A DNA stretch of 58,804 nt, filler included, from Catajapyx aquilonaris (lineage: Eukaryota), in NCBI GenBank assembly GCA_000934665.2. It is 2 parts of 2 records of this genome, joined end to end, with 100 filler letters (N's around TTAATTAATTAA, not from the genome) between each part and the next. Parts side by side here need not be neighbours in the genome. Positions count along the whole stretch, not along the records: positions 29,287 to 58,804 come from KZ539227.1; 1 more part is not named here. The stretch is one strand, 5' to 3'. Made by a program: the position numbers and the translations under genes. The stretch's first letter is position 1. Every line of letters starts with the position of its first letter. The notes under the pieces are model-generated. The model did not search any database. It was not told the DNA's origin and saw only the letters and a list, made by a program, of their open reading frames with translations. Below are positions 33,720 through 48,700 of this stretch, piece by piece.

Positions 33720-36700
33720 TAACATATACATTATTATCCAGAGGTGCGTTTGGCAGATTTCCGTTGACTAGAAGTCGGTAAACAAACCGATGACGTCAGA
33801 TCGTTCTTTCGTTCATTCTTTTCTGTACATCTTCCTGCTCCTTTTTACATCAATAAAAGAAGCCGCAAATCTGCAAAAGACAACACTGCTCCAATTTCAA
33901 TCTGCATGTGTAGTAGCCTAACCATTAACTGTTAGGTTGAAGCCCCACTTTTTGAACATCATCTGTCTGCTTGATAAATTGCACTGCGGATCCGTATTGT
34001 ATCATGTAAAGTAATACTGCCAGCTCAGATCAACAAGTGTAGCTGAAAATAAAAATCAAGTGCATTTTTTTTTTCAAACCGAAGCCCTTGAAATGTATTA
34101 TTTACGTCGTGTGTGTCAATAGGGGTAAATGCAAAGTGTGTTATCCAGTTTAATGAAAAATTCAATTATTCAAAACACAAACAGACGCACAGTCGACAGA
34201 CGAAAATGTAATGCAGGTTCATGGCACAGGGTTGGTCGTGGGTTGGTGTGGGGTAGGGAGGAGAGGGGCATATGTGTGTATATGGGTTGGGTAGGGTGTG
34301 GATGGGTGGACGGCCGTAGTGGGGAAGTTGGGTGGATATGTAGTGGGTGGAAGGGAGTTGTTGCATTCCCGAGCTGACAGGATGTGAAAATGGCCCTTTT
34401 CCAACGCACGCGTCGGAAAATTGTTCGATCTCCTCTCATTATTACAGACTGCTGACCCCTTGCATGTAATTATGGGAGGGGGAAGGGGGGGGGGGGCAAA
34501 AGGGGCAACCAAATAAGCGCTCGTCACGTCCGCATCAGGCCTACGCACATATCTCTCCCCCCGTCTCTTGGAAATTCTGCTATCCCCCCCCCTCCCCCCA
34601 AAAAATGGCCTCGTGCTCATTCGACTGTTTCAGTCGAAGCAATTTGCAACTATTTTCAAAGTGCCACCTGCAATATACGGCTTCGTTAATTTCCACACTT
34701 GCCAGAAGCCCCATCTAATGAAGGGGACTTTGGTACCAGTAGGTGTAGAATGTGTCGCCTAAGGCTTTAGAAGTGTGAGAGTCATATATACTATTTTAAG
34801 GTGAAGGAGAATTTATTGTTCACATTTGGAGGGTGGGAGTTTTTTTTTAAACAGAAACAAATCAATGATCATTATAATGCTGATTGTTCCCGCAGGACAT
34901 AATAACATGCTAACTTGCCACAATGAAAGTGAAAAGGATCTTCTGAAATCAGTAGAAAACCCTGAAAAAAATTGTCGATCCTTGTCATTATTTCTATTGT
35001 TACTAACAGTGAATAATAAGGATCAACAATTTGTACTAGATTTACTATCGATCACGCATCCCAGCCTTCATGAAGGGCTATCCAGTATATTTCCCACAGG
35101 TTAGTCCATACCAATGTTGCCAGTTTTTAAAATGCATACCTCCCACAATTGTGCTAACTGTTTTAGCTCCCTGACTCATAAATGCATTTAAAAATGACAG
35201 GTTTGTGGAAAATAATGCAGTAAAAAATTTGTACCCAGTTATCGTACAGTACTGTATATATTCAATGTTATCCAAAACTCCATCTGAACATAATTACTAT
35301 CAATACTGTATATAGACATCCATCTAACCATTGCACTGTGGAGGAATACCTCACATCTTCCCCAGAATTTTTCCAAAAAGTAACTCCAAATGTCAATTCA
35401 TGCGTCGGATGTAGGCCTAGAGTCTATCCGTAAAAATGCGGATTTTAATAATAATAAACAAAAATAAATAAAATCCGGCTATAGGAAAGGAAAGAAACAA
35501 TACTAGCAACAAGAGAAATGTCTTGCCTGTGATTGTGGTACTGTTGATCTGATGCAAATATTGCGACAGGATAATAATTGCCTAATTACACGCATGACAG
35601 CATCAGTTTTGACGCGACCCTCGTATTATACATGTATTATACGAGGATTTATAAAAGTCTGTTATCCCGTTTCACAGAGTTGACAGTACAGCTGCATCTA
35701 TGATGAGAGCTAATGATCCTCGAATGGAACAAAGTTGTCGGCAGGAGTTATTAATCAAAACGAGACCAAAAAGGAAACGCTGATTTAGCAACTTTCCATA
35801 TCCCCCCCCCCCCCTCACTTTCCCCACTCCTTTTCACTTTTTACACGAGCTGGTTGGGGGAAGGGTGTTGGGGAAGAGGGGGAAGGTGGGAGTCAGGGGG
35901 GGATTTTGCAGACGTGGCTGAAACCGCGAGATATGCAGAATGTGAACTTTGAATTGACCCTGCTGTTAAACTTATTAACTACCCATATTTTAATAATAGC
36001 AAGGAGATCCTATTAAACGTTGCTATTCGTATGTAACAAAGTTGCATAAAGGTGGTACACCCAGAACAAGTTAAGGGTGTCGTTAAACAAAATGTAAGCA
36101 AAAAAATGGGGTTCGTATTGTTTTAGTTTCTAGTAGAATTTCGATTTGACCAACCAATTCAGTTTAGACCAAAATGTAGCCGTTCGGAAAAGCAAGTTGT
36201 TATGTAGCTATATTAGCTACATAACAAAAAAAACACGAATTCCACCTCAGTTTTAAACCCACATCCCCATATACCCTGCTCGTATAAAACCCCCTAAGTT
36301 GACTCGCATTCCCAACACATTTTTTTCCTCCTCCCAAATCCAACAATATTAATCTCCCCACTCATCTCCCCAACACTCTTTGTCAAGACCCAAGATCTCC
36401 ACTCAACTAAAGAGTGCACCCAACGCAATACGCCCCATAAAGCAACTTTGCATCAAATAACTTCAGTCAGCATTCGAAATGAAGTGCAAACTTTTTTTTT
36501 TCTTTTTTCTAATGCGTCCCCATTAACGAGCCAGCTAGTCTAGCTTTGTATGCAGCAAGTATAGTGTCATAGAGCTTAGCCCCCCCCCCCCCCACATGCA
36601 CAGTGTATGCCCTAGCTATATGCACCAACCGGCCGTCAGAGTCCGGGTTTGTGGTGGCCGTGAAATGAGGGCTAATCGCATGTAGGCTTGAGAGCAGAAA

Positions 36701-39212
36701 ATAATGGCTCCCATTGCTGACAATAAATCTAGCGAGGGGAACACGTGCTGGAAAACAAATAGCGTATCGTTGACGACGGGAGTGAAAGCGGTGTAAATTA
36801 TTTATTTTCACAACGCTGTCACCCTGGAAAGATTTACTCGTAAAACTGGCTTTCTGTCCGACATGCAAAATGCCTGTCATGTACTGCTAATTTCCCTTGT
36901 ACTCATCTCCAGATGGATACATACACTCGGTTCTGGCCAGTCAGAGTTAGTAGATTCATTAATTTTAGTGAATTTTAACAAATATATTTCTGGACGTGGA
37001 GTCGAGTCGTACAGTCGCCATTTTTCTTACACGCGTGGCATGAAGATGACTGGGGCCGAGAGGTGGAGCTAGTGTACTAAAAGTTTTTCCATCAAAATTT
37101 AGGGAGGCTGGGGGAGTGACAAGGATAGCAATCTTCAAGGACAAAAAAGGGGGACGAAACAACTTTTGAAAGGTAATAAATCAATCCTGGGTCAATCTTA
37201 TTTGCAAGGACTCAATAGGTAGAAAACCCAGTATTTTGACAATATTTAGTAATCGGTGTGGATGTGCAGGTATATGACCACTCTTTCTTTGGTCTCGCCA
37301 TCGGCCATTAAAAGTGACGTCATTTGGCGGGATTTGCCTCCCATGACTTTACACTACATTTGGACGGCATTTGAACCCAATCAATCCCCTTCCGGAAGAT
37401 TAGGCTGGGCAGCCATGCGGGCATCAACTTGTGAAAAATCATGGTCATTACTCCTCCCCCTACCAACCACCCCATCCACCCTTTTCCAGCAGCACAGCCA
37501 GCACCCGCCTCGCCCAACAACCCCATCAGGGTATAATAGTGCTTAACGTCCTTGTTGCAAATGGACTCTCCCAATAGACATCATCAGAGCGCAAAAGTGA
37601 CGTTTGGAGAATGGTGCGCACTGCGAGATATACCACCAACCTACCCAGCCTTTCTGGGGAATCTGTATTATGAAGAGTCTTCCGCATCTCAATACTGCTA
37701 GCTGTCAAAACAAGCACATCTCACGCTCCACTGAGATACTATCATTTCTGACAAATCATAAGTATACAGGGACGTAATCTCATCTGGGGGGGATGGAGCT
37801 AAACGAACCAACTTCCAGTTTCTCAACAAGACTGGCATGTAATGTAGACCCTATAAATGACAATAATTCAGCCCTTTGAGTGTTTTGTGCTATTACATGC
37901 TACTGTATTACATTACGTTTCGTTCCAATTCATAAAGTGTATAATACCTTTCAGGGGTAAAATTAATATTATTTATTGAGTGTAGAGAAAACACTTTCTC
38001 ATAAATCTGCAAACAAATTTACATTCGAGATAATTCAATATTAATAAATTTATAATCCTTCCCCAGATATCCTGAGAGTACGGAACGCATTAGTGTGTCG
38101 TAGTTTTCCATGGGACACAAAAAGTCATGCGTGAATCGACATCTTTATAAACAGCAGCAAGTGATTGAGATCAGGTCAATTCGATCTCTAGCCATCTGAA
38201 AGTCTTACTGTCTCTAGCAAAGACAACCCCAAAGTGTTCCAGTAATTGACCTCTCCTATCAAATTGACATTTCACGTTTGCACGACGGGTCACTTAGGCG
38301 AGACTCCAGTCTTGTAATTCAACCAAACGCCCCATGTAATTAGTCTGTTTCACCACCATCACGAACCAGGTGACCCAGACAAGTCGGGTACCTTTCCCAG
38401 AAGTATAGAAGGGTCAGGTTGCCATTGCAGATGGTGCAACGAACGCGAAACACTACAATATTCTCTCATCCGCCAGTGCTCTGTGTGCAGATCATCCACA
38501 GCATGTTCATTCACCTAGTCAACCTGGAAGAGTTCAAACACGCGGACGACTATTTGTTTTTGGTGAACAATTGGGCACGCTTGAACAGGCGTGTCCTGGT
38601 GCACTTCGGACACTTCAACAACAGCCGCCAAAAAAAGGCGCTGGCAAGTGTCCACGAAGGAGTGATGTACTGTTTTCTTCTAAAGCTGAAGAGAATAATG
38701 GAAGTTTATGTAATGCAGACAGGGCAAGAAGAATAAGCCAGCGCTTATAGGTGTAAAATTGAATTCATTGTTGTGTCTCGGGTACTTCATCCTAACATAA
38801 AATTGAAGGTTATGAGCATCCTACACTCTTTACATGATATAGGGTCGTTCCATGGAATTTGAAACCATGGCTCCTTTTTTAAAGTTTTAAATAAAAACTG
38901 CGTTACCATCATTTATTAATGTACAGATTGTGCTCTTTCCAATGGTATTATGGTATTATTTATATTTGTGTCAAAAATATCTAGGACTATAATTGACTAA
39001 GTTTATTTGAAGTGTAGTATATGTAAAGGAATGTTCATTTTCGTGTATTCAGCATTTGTCTTTTTGAGAATTAATTACACCATAAATGATTATTTAAAAA
39101 AATTCCAATATAGCAACCCAATTTTAACACATACGTACTATTACATAACACTTCAAAATTTATTATTATATCTCATTCCTGCATGCTATTCAGCTTCCAT
39201 TAAATAAATAAA

Positions 39213-39510
39213 AGGTTCGATCCCCGCCTGGGGAGTTTTCCATTCACCTGCGTCGGGAGGGTCTCTGACCTGCACCTTGGATGTGTCTGGCAACCTAACC
39301 TCCCGAGGGACTGCACATGACCCATAGCTACGACATTGCACCTTGCACCCCTGTCCCCTCCCCAAAAATCTCTATCCTTACCTAATGTCCTTGATTCCTT
39401 GCACCGGAGACTGAAGTTAACAAAGCAGAAAATTGATGGCGGTGTGCCACCCCCCAAAAGGGCCTATGGAGGCCTATCACGGGGTAAAATAAATAAAATA
39501 AAATAAATAT
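39213..39510 (+). mobile_element. 5'-truncated tRNA-derived SINE with (TAAAA)n tail
   Basis: Starts at B-box GGTTCGATCCCC. The body and tail (..TATCCTTACCTAATGTCCTTG.TTCCTTGCACCGGA..GTGCCACCCCC..ATCACGGGGTAAAATAAAT) are shared with a second copy at ~45520-45945. Confidence 0.75.
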
Positions 39511-42500
39511 ATTACGCACTTTTTCCACCAAAATTCATTTAAAAAATGGCTTCCCACCTAAGCTGATTTTCTTTCCAGGCAATGCTGAAATCCTTGAAGC
39601 TCAGCTTGTATTTCGCCACCTGCAAAACTGATCTCACTCCTACAAACAGATATCAAGTCACATGCTCAAGAAGCATCTAGCAATCATGGATTTCATTTTC
39701 GTAAAAATACTTTGTGTTTATCCTGAGGCGAACCGTCTGCACACACCGGATAATTGTCAGGCGGGAATTGACAGGAAATTGAGAAACGTATTAATTTCTC
39801 CAAGAGCGCCATCTAGATAAACCAATGAGAGGTTCTGGCTGGAGCAAGGTTGCCACTAGGCTTCCGTAAGAAGTCCACCTCGTCAATCGGATTGTTGGTA
39901 GTGACCCGCGGCGATAATCCTCAATCCCCCCCACTTTTCCCTCCCCTCCCTCCTCCCCCTCCCCCCAAAAGGAGCGACCCTCCGGGAGAAAGAAACGCGC
40001 CATTAACAAGGAGGAGATTAAAAACGGGAAACCATTCCGGGAGGGCTTTTTGGCGAGATTGTCGCCCGCTTCTCTGCCGCCCAAATCGCCATTATAAAGT
40101 TGAGATGGAGGCCTGGATAGTGAAGGAAGGACCCAAGCCTGGGCTCTAATGTTTAGGGGCGACATAAGCTTCAGTCCCGACGATGCCTCCCCCAATCCTA
40201 ACCCCCACTGCAAAAACGCGCTTTGATTACAGCTGTTCCAGACCTAAAATGCGACGTGTCTGCCTACCCTTCGAGATTACGTCAGCAGGGAAAGAATAAG
40301 TGCCCCCCCCCCTCTTTTTTATTACCTATGACCCCCCCCCCCTCACTCAAATATCCATTCTTTCTGAGGTACAAAAATTGGATTCTAGGAATAGCTACAC
40401 ATTGCACTTGCACCTAATAGGAAGCAGTTATATGATGAAATGAAGGAAAATGTATGAAAGACGGACATCAGCAGCTGCGTGGGCTACAAGTGAGTGCTTG
40501 GAAATGCGCGCATCTTGCATTGGTTTATGGTGGCTTGGGTGGTACTTGGGTGGCCGTTGAGTCTCCAGTTAGGCCCCCGCACCAGTTAGGTGTTATTGTA
40601 AACGATTATGAGCGGCCATTTTCCACACTGACGTCGATGTTGGGAGCGTTTCGGAAGCGCGCTGGATGTTATGGATATTATTTAATCAGGCGCGCTGTCA
40701 TATTCGCAGCTCGGGGCTTTCCGGCCTCTCATAAATAAGCGGCGCTTTCCCAATGAATCTGACGCTAACGACGGAGCTTCGGGGGGGAAAGGACTTTGAG
40801 GACCCCCCTTTAATTGCGGCAGGGGCCTCATCCCACCGGATTTACGGCCACAACCAAGGTAAAAATGACGTCATTGGAATCAGTTTGCTGTGCCCATTTT
40901 CTTCCCCCTCTCCACTTGCTCAGTTTGGCTGCTTGTCTACCCACCCACACCCAGATCAAGCCCGGATTTGTCCCGGATTCATCCCTGACATCTCTCCCAG
41001 CTGCTAACGGCGCCCTTTTGTTTTATCACTTGTAGGCTACCAACGCCGCCCCCAAATGCGCTCTATACAGCTGCACCACACCATGCAACGATGCCATCTC
41101 TTTTTTCTTTCTCTTCCTCTTCTTTTTTAGTGTCCTTTTGCCCGCATCTCCCCAGCCAACCGCACTCAAGTCAACATCCATGTCCACTTCCAGCAGGAGC
41201 GACATTAACAAGTGGAAGGAACCCTGGAGTCGAAAACGGTTTGCGGACCCCCTTTGCGTGACTCTTGCTGATACATCCGCCCCCAAATGTTCCTCATCTG
41301 GTACGGGACATTACGAAAAGAATATCTTTTCGGTTCCCAGCGAATGAGCCGGCTGGCAGCATCAGCGGGGCTCCATCCAGTCTTCCTTCACTTTGGACGG
41401 ATGGGTGCATCGGATAGGCGTGCAGATGGAACTGGCTTGAAATATGAGTCCGAACCCCACACCCATTCCTAACTTGTCCCCCCGCCACATGCACCGCTCG
41501 CAAATGACGTGTTCAAATCGACGCACTCTTCCAGACTGCAAGCCGGCCTGTGTCACGTCCCTGAGTCCACTTGCATGGAATTGGATGCTCTCAAATTGAA
41601 AAGGTGTGCTTAATTATGCGGTACTCATTTCATTTGCCTGTTGCTTGTATGGCAATATTAGGCTGATAGCACCTTTCAAATTATAGTCGGCAGCAAATTG
41701 AATCAGGTTTATCATGTAGGCCACGCTAGGCGCAGGGATAGCAGGGTGGGGCCTACCTTTCCTATACCTTTACTACCTTTCCTATACGTTTCCTACCTTT
41801 CATACCTTTCCTACCTTGGGATAAACCTCATTCAGGTATGGTACCCGGATTGTGCATATACATTGACGGATATGAGCTGCGTAAATTTGGGCCTGAACAC
41901 CGGATACCTCAGCACTATACTGGGCTTGAGTATTGCGGTACGCTTCAGTTAGTTATATATCTAGCAGAATAGGTCAGCTCCAGGCAAGTACTCCAAGCAC
42001 TTGCACACCACTCCCCCGTTTCGCCCCCCTTCCTCCACCCCCTGGAAGAGCTGGGGAAAAGCATGATGGCAGTTGTAAATCTGCTGGCAAATAGTCGAAA
42101 CGGAGCATTAAAGCAATGGACGGGGGGGGGGNGGGGGGGGGGGGGAATGTGCCCCGGCTTTTATTTCCACCCCCTTCAAACCGAACGATAGTCTTTCCCA
42201 ATCGGTGCCATTGTTTTGTGTGTCCGGGCTCCAATGGGATACTTGGGCTTTATTCCGCTCTGCTCCACCGCAGCAACAGCCTCATATCTTCCTCTTCAGT
42301 CAGGCTGCTGCTTTCTTGCCTGGGATAGCAGGGTAGTAGTACAGCCCTGCTGTGCACTATGTCTCTGGATGCTGCTGGCTACTGGTGCTATACCATGTAA
42401 ACTGCTGCACTGCTCGGTGCAAGCCACTTTAGCTCTTGGCTTTTCAGACCCGTTGCATGCCGGAATTATTAGAGGGAGGAACTCTCGGTCCTTCAAGAAG

Positions 42501-45500
42501 CTAAGGCCACCTCTTGACTGATTCTTTTTACTAGCTTCCACTATGGAGCATAAGGATTAAATTGATGTTATCTACTTTTTCATTCGTGAATTTCACCGAT
42601 TTTCACTTTCAGAGAAAATATCAATTCTGGGTTTCATATGCACCGTTTCTAATAGCCTATGCGAATGACTGCACTTACAAGTTAGATCAATTTTGTCATC
42701 TTCGTGTGCATGTGTCTGTGCTATTATTTCAGGCCTATGCGTTATAAATGTTTCTCATGTAGAGCAGAAAAATTTGTTACGCTATATAACAGCATAAAAT
42801 CAGGTTGTAACTTATACCCTGATAAAACATTAGGCCTAGGAAGAAATCTCGAAATGAGTGTATAAGATTTACAATGAGTTATAACGCAAAATATTAAATA
42901 TTTGTGAACGATAAATGTCAAATTAGTTAAAACTCTTATTAACTCGTCGTCAGTAGGTGCAAATTGTCATATAAACAATAGACACAGATTGGTCTACAGT
43001 AAATCAGGCAAAGCTGCAAAAGCACATAATTAAGTGATCTCTTTCGTGTTTATAATGTACCCTGCAATACACACAATAATGCAATTCTCACTACTTCAAT
43101 ATTGTGCACGTGCGATTATACGAAAGTTATACAAAAGCATCTCTTTAACATGGTTACATGAGTAGGGTTATAGATAGCATGTTATTAATCTTTCACGAAT
43201 GCAAATAGAAACTCACATTAGCATAGGAGGATGGATTAACGAACAAAGACCTCTGATATATGATTTAAGGGTTGACCGTGTTGGCCTTTGTACAGTACAA
43301 TTATGCCGAAATTAATTTCTTGTTGCTTATTTTTAGCTATGTATAAGTAATGAGGACGACGTATTGAATAAATGAATACAATATTATCATAATACCACTT
43401 ATATTAGCCTCCATAGTATAAATTATTCCCTTATACATTGTGTATATTAACTTGAGATGCAGCATTTTAAAACAATGATCTAGAATTTTAGGCCAAAAAG
43501 TTTGCACCAATGGCGTCTAGCAGAGTAATTGCCCTCGGAGAGGGCATTCCATAAGTAGTGTCTAATCGACAAAAAACAAGAGAAGCTAAAGAGTCGTTGG
43601 CAGCCCCACCCCACTCCCTCAGCAATACTATTCTCTTTTTCTACCCTCTTTTTCTTCTTCGGAGAAGCAAAGTGAAAGAAACCTTGAAACGGCTCTAATT
43701 GGACCGTGAGGCTGGCGAGGTGGACAAAGGAGGCATGGAAGGCTGTATTTTACACCGGAACACCAATTCCGACTCGGACAATGAAAATCCCAGTAGATCC
43801 GGAAAAAAGAGAAAGGTCCGGTTGAAAGGAGACCGCAACGAGCTCGGATTTAATTGAACTCGCCTTTAGCTCCACTCTCTCGCTCCAGCCTTTGGGCACA
43901 AATTCGCACTTTTTTGAGTTCTCTTTTCTGTTCTGGAAGGAACCAAATCTGGCTGTTGCCCTCTCTTTATGCCAATGTTTCATAACACAAGCTCAGAACG
44001 CCTCAACCATATCGTTGCTAAGGATCAACGCCCAAAATTTAAAATTTTCAAACTTCCCGCCTCATATGATACTTGCTAAGCCACGCCCCTAACAAAGCTT
44101 GCAAGAGGCGTTCAAAATATGCACCCTTTGCACCTCCAGCTGTACATAAAAGTGTCAGCTAGAGTGAGACTGAACATGGAATTAGCTGGTTACACATTTG
44201 GTGTAACACCACGGGAAAAAAATGCCCCCTTAATCCACAAAGGCCACTGATGCCAACTAGAGTGCCGCTTGTGACAACAAAGGCAGGGTCATTAGTAAAA
44301 CTGGAAACAAGAGGCCACATATGCAGCTTCCCTTTCCCCCCCTCAACCTTTCCCGCATGCGCCTTGCACACCCCCACCAGCATAATTACACACATGATAT
44401 ACACAACTGCAGGCAGGGCTCGAATCCTGAAAAACAAAAAAAAAAAAGCCCTATGGCTTCCCCGAGAAAATAGAACCATTAAAAAGGGCTCATAATTACC
44501 AGCAGCAGGTAGAGCACAAAAGTCTTTAAGCGTCTGTCACAAACAAAATCCTATTTTCGGAGGACTTTCCGGATAATACCTTCAACACAACAGACGGCGC
44601 TTTTATATCTCCCCCTTTTCCCCTCCTCCCCTATTTTCCCCCTGCCTTCCCCCTCCCTTTTCCCCGATCTCTCTGCCACCATTAATACCCTGTCCAGAAG
44701 CTTTGACAACACCGACAAACGCCCAAGCCTGTGGATAGCTTTTTATTTTCTGCCTGAGTTCAAAGTAATAGACGATTGTTCTATACGCACTTCACAAAAA
44801 AGGGGGGGGNGGGGTGGGCACTGCATAGACCACGGGGCTCAACATGTAGGCCGCACTTTGGGTAATGGCTTGCGTAATTTCTCTACCGATGAAAGGCGGT
44901 CCAGCATCAAAAACCCGCAGGCGAATTTCGCAGCAGACTACAGTTTATAGAATTATTATTCCAGATATAACTGGCTGTGTTATAATTTTTTTTTGCCGCC
45001 AACAGGTTGCAGTAGGGTAGAGCTATATCTCTCCAGGGTATCCAACCTGGTGTATAGAATATGGTTTCCTCAAATACCTTGTTCTCGAAAGGCAATTACA
45101 TTCGCGTCATTAGTGTACACACACTGTAGAATAGCTTGAGGCCAATGATCGCTTTTAAATAACTTGAACCCTACCTCAAAGCAACGGTCGGTTGGATGAA
45201 AATATGGCGGTCAGTTATACTCCTCTGTACAGTCAAGCATTGAACCGCATTCTGTCTAACAGTAAGCTGTGGACAACAGAGCACCTTGTGGTTGAAAATG
45301 TTGCCCGGTTGCGCCTGCAGGTTATGCTGCACGTGATACAAGCTGTGGTTGCATAACCGGTCAGGATGAAGGTGGCTGATTGGACCAACACGACTACAGT
45401 AGGGACAAGATAACTTATGGGTTTTGGGAGGTGGCTTATCAGTGTGGCTTAACGTCGACCTATTTCTGCTGCTAAGGCTAAACACCGACGCCAGGGGGTG

Positions 45501-45558
45501 GTCCTCCGCCTTTGGCCACCTGCACAAGTGTCCCCTCCCCGAAAAATCCCTATCCTTA

Positions 45559-45790
45559 AGGGCGGTATCCACTGCTCAATATCAAGGGGTTTCAACCCGT
45601 TCAACCCCTTGAATCAACCCCTTGAGCGGACTTGAACCAAGTAGAGCACGGCTCTACTCGGTTCAACCCATTGAATTCAAGGGGTTGAACTGAGTAGGTC
45701 CATGCTCTATGGTTCAAGCCCGATCAAGGGGTTGATTCAAGGGGTTGAACGGGTTGAAACCCCTTGACATTGAGCAGTGGATACCGCCCT
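45559..45790. mobile_element. PIF/Harbinger (Tourist-like) MITE, TTA TSD, inserted in a SINE copy
   Basis: TTA|AGGGCGGTATCCACTGCTCAAT...ATTGAGCAGTGGATACCGCCCT|TTA; the element is almost fully palindromic. The uninterrupted site TATCC-TTA-CCTAATG is present in the SINE copy at ~39373-39387. Confidence 0.9.
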
Positions 45791-48700
45791 TTACCTAATG
45801 TCCTTGTTTCCTTGCACCGGATAATGAAGAAAAAGTTGCAAAAACACTAGAAAACTGATGGTGGTATGCCACCCCCTATAACGGCTTACAGCTGTATCAT
45901 GGGATAAAATAAATTTAAACCATAATAAAAATAAAAATAAAAAAAAGTTACCATCAAAGCCTTATACTCGCACACCCATATAATTTATGCCAATTTCATA
46001 GAGTTGTTCATATTGCAACAGTATGGTTTGCCATCTACGGCACCACCTGCACAATACACCGGTGCTGTTGTGTTCTGCAGGCGATAGTTCCCTTTTCGCC
46101 TGATGTTGTAGGAGGAAAGCGTCCATGGTACAGAGTGTGCCTGGCTCATTATGAGCAGCCGAGCTAGCCACTTGGAAAGCATGAATGAGCCAGCTAGGCG
46201 TCCAATTGCCAACACTCCCTCCCCTATCCAGCTACACTCAGACGACACCGCCAACTTCTCACCCTTTATGAGAGCTATATCCCTAACAGTCTCTGGAACC
46301 CACCCGGCTTGATGTGGCCATATCTGCACTAGATATGTTGTTTATCTCTATACCCCCCCTCTTACTGTACTGAAACTTCCAGTGAGTCAAAAGCTGATTT
46401 CATGATGCGAATGACTGACTACCTGCGCAGCTACTTCTAGGCATATAGCAGATTAGCGTTCAAAACTTTTCCTTCGGGTTCAGTCACCGGCACAACGTGA
46501 TCCTCGCATTACTCTTACCGTATTATTACCCCGGTTTTTTTTTATTATTGCGCGCATAAATTACAGCGCGGACTTCTTTGCAGCGGGACTTAATCGCCGA
46601 TAATTAACAGCGATTTTAACTCCGTCCCGACTCTCCCTGCAGGATTATAATTACGGACGTAACACGAGAGCATTGAGGCTTATCCGGCAGATGACTGTGG
46701 CGGGGATTCTATTTAATCATCCGGCCGACTTTGGCATCAACTTCACCTGGGCCAATTTGGACGTCTCCGATGTCGCTAGTCAGATATACACCAGACGGTT
46801 GACTATTATTATGCGAAACTATATACAGTGGACAAGTGACAATAGGATTGAATATTCGTCACCATTTTTCCGGGGAAAAAAATCTGGATAAGTGAAGTGA
46901 AAAATAAGCGATGCGGCGGACGGAGAGGAGGCTTTAACGAAGGCTGCGGGCTTCATTCAGAGACCGACCATGCGTTAAATTCCGCCCAATATGCGTCAAA
47001 TTGCAAATCGATGTCAAGAAATCCGCATAAAGGGAGCTGGCTTGGTATTCATCACCGAGGAAGACTCGCCTCTCGCGCCTTCAAGATGGATATTCTCGCT
47101 ATAAACTCCCCGCTTTACACCCTCTAATGTTTCTCAAGAGTGTAAATAAAGCTAAGGGGGGTTCTATAATTATACCAGTCATGATTACATCTCCATTTTC
47201 ATCATAAATCTCCACTCTAAATGTACCGTCATTTGAAGCAATCCTGTTGTCCACATATGACATAATTATATTGGAAAATGGCGAGACAAAATATATATAT
47301 ATATATATTGTGAGGCATGGAAGTGACGAGGTTGAGATACTTGGGAATGATCTTTTCATTAGGCGTGAAGCTGATTGCTGGTTGGGATCGTCGTCCTGAA
47401 ATCGATCTTTCCTTCCTTCCTTGCTTGCCTCATTCATCCAGTTTTCTCCTCTTCCCCTCCTCCCACACCCCCCACCATCTCCTTCGACCATCCTCTCTCA
47501 CGTTTCCTTATCGGACTCGCGAGCTGGCTACGAGGATGACACCTATTGTTCCGGGCCCAGCACTTAATTAAAGGGCTTTATTGTTTCTCTCAATTAAGTG
47601 TGGCAAAGGAAGAGTCCGACTAGTTCGGTAACTCGGGCAAACGCTCGCCTTTGTTTTCCGACTGGAAGGACACTGAAGGAGAGAACAGACAAATCCAAAC
47701 AATCAACAAATCGTGGACAAAAATCGGATGAGCCTCTGTGTACCTACCTAACTCGTCATAGTCCGCGTCTTATAATACAAAACTATTTCTAGCTAGCTTA
47801 ATGGAAACATCTGATACGAACAAAATGTATGTAGGAAAAAGGAGGGGAGGACTGGGGAATTGGGGAGGGGGGGGGGGAGATGCGGAATGCCATTTAATTT
47901 AAGCCCCTTTATGCGCCATTGATAAGTGCCGGCTTCTTTATCCGCACTGCATCTCCTTTCATCGTGTACAACATTATGACAAGTTAAAATCCTCCATCCC
48001 CGCCGTAAAGTTATATATCGCAGCATCCAAACGCTGCTCTCGCTTTAGAAGGGGAATAAAATCCCTACTTGGAAGCTCATACTACACAACCTGCCACTTA
48101 ATCTTCTTCCCCGCTGCAACTTTTATGAAAAAGAGAGTGGATGCCTGCCTTCCCTGCTGCCTGCGTGTGTGGAATAACTCCTCCCCTCCTCTCCCCACTC
48201 CAGAAAAATTCCCCCCCCCCCCTTTTTTTTGCTCTTTTCCCTGCAATAACAAGGCCAGTCGCACAGAAAATATCCTCTCCTGGCGAATTCAACTTTTATA
48301 TTCTCCTAGACGTCATTTTTAGGTCCCTCATGAGCGTTTCGATACTTTCTTCTCAATAATTGATTCCATTTGGTTCAGGCACAATCGCACAGCAATTCAA
48401 TTGCCATGATGGGTCATCCATGTGCTGGACAGGTCAGCAAGGTTGCCGCAGTCTGCTTAAATCCATCAGGATGATAAACGTCAATACAATGGTATTCCTG
48501 GCGCAGGTAGCCCAAGAAATGTCAAGGCTGAATCGTGTCGAGGGTCGGAGAGGTTGGGAGCTCTAGTATAAGGGAGCTCCTTTCAAACACATCTCCTGAT
48601 TTGCTCATCTATCTGCGCCGACAAGCGGCGAGAAACAGCCGCTGAGCAGGGAGCCTTGGGAGAAGCCCTGAGAATAAGATGCACTCGAATGGGAGCGCAA

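Noticed and set aside
36197..36227. Perfect 14-bp stem hairpin TTGTTATGTAGCTA-TAT-TAGCTACATAACAA
   Set aside because: Real but too short and isolated to assign a function. It is not a terminator in a eukaryotic context.
45171..45572. Minus-strand ORF with CPYC..H..H zinc-finger-like residues
   Set aside because: The spacing is not C2H2-like, the ORF begins inside a MITE/SINE, and there is no splice support.
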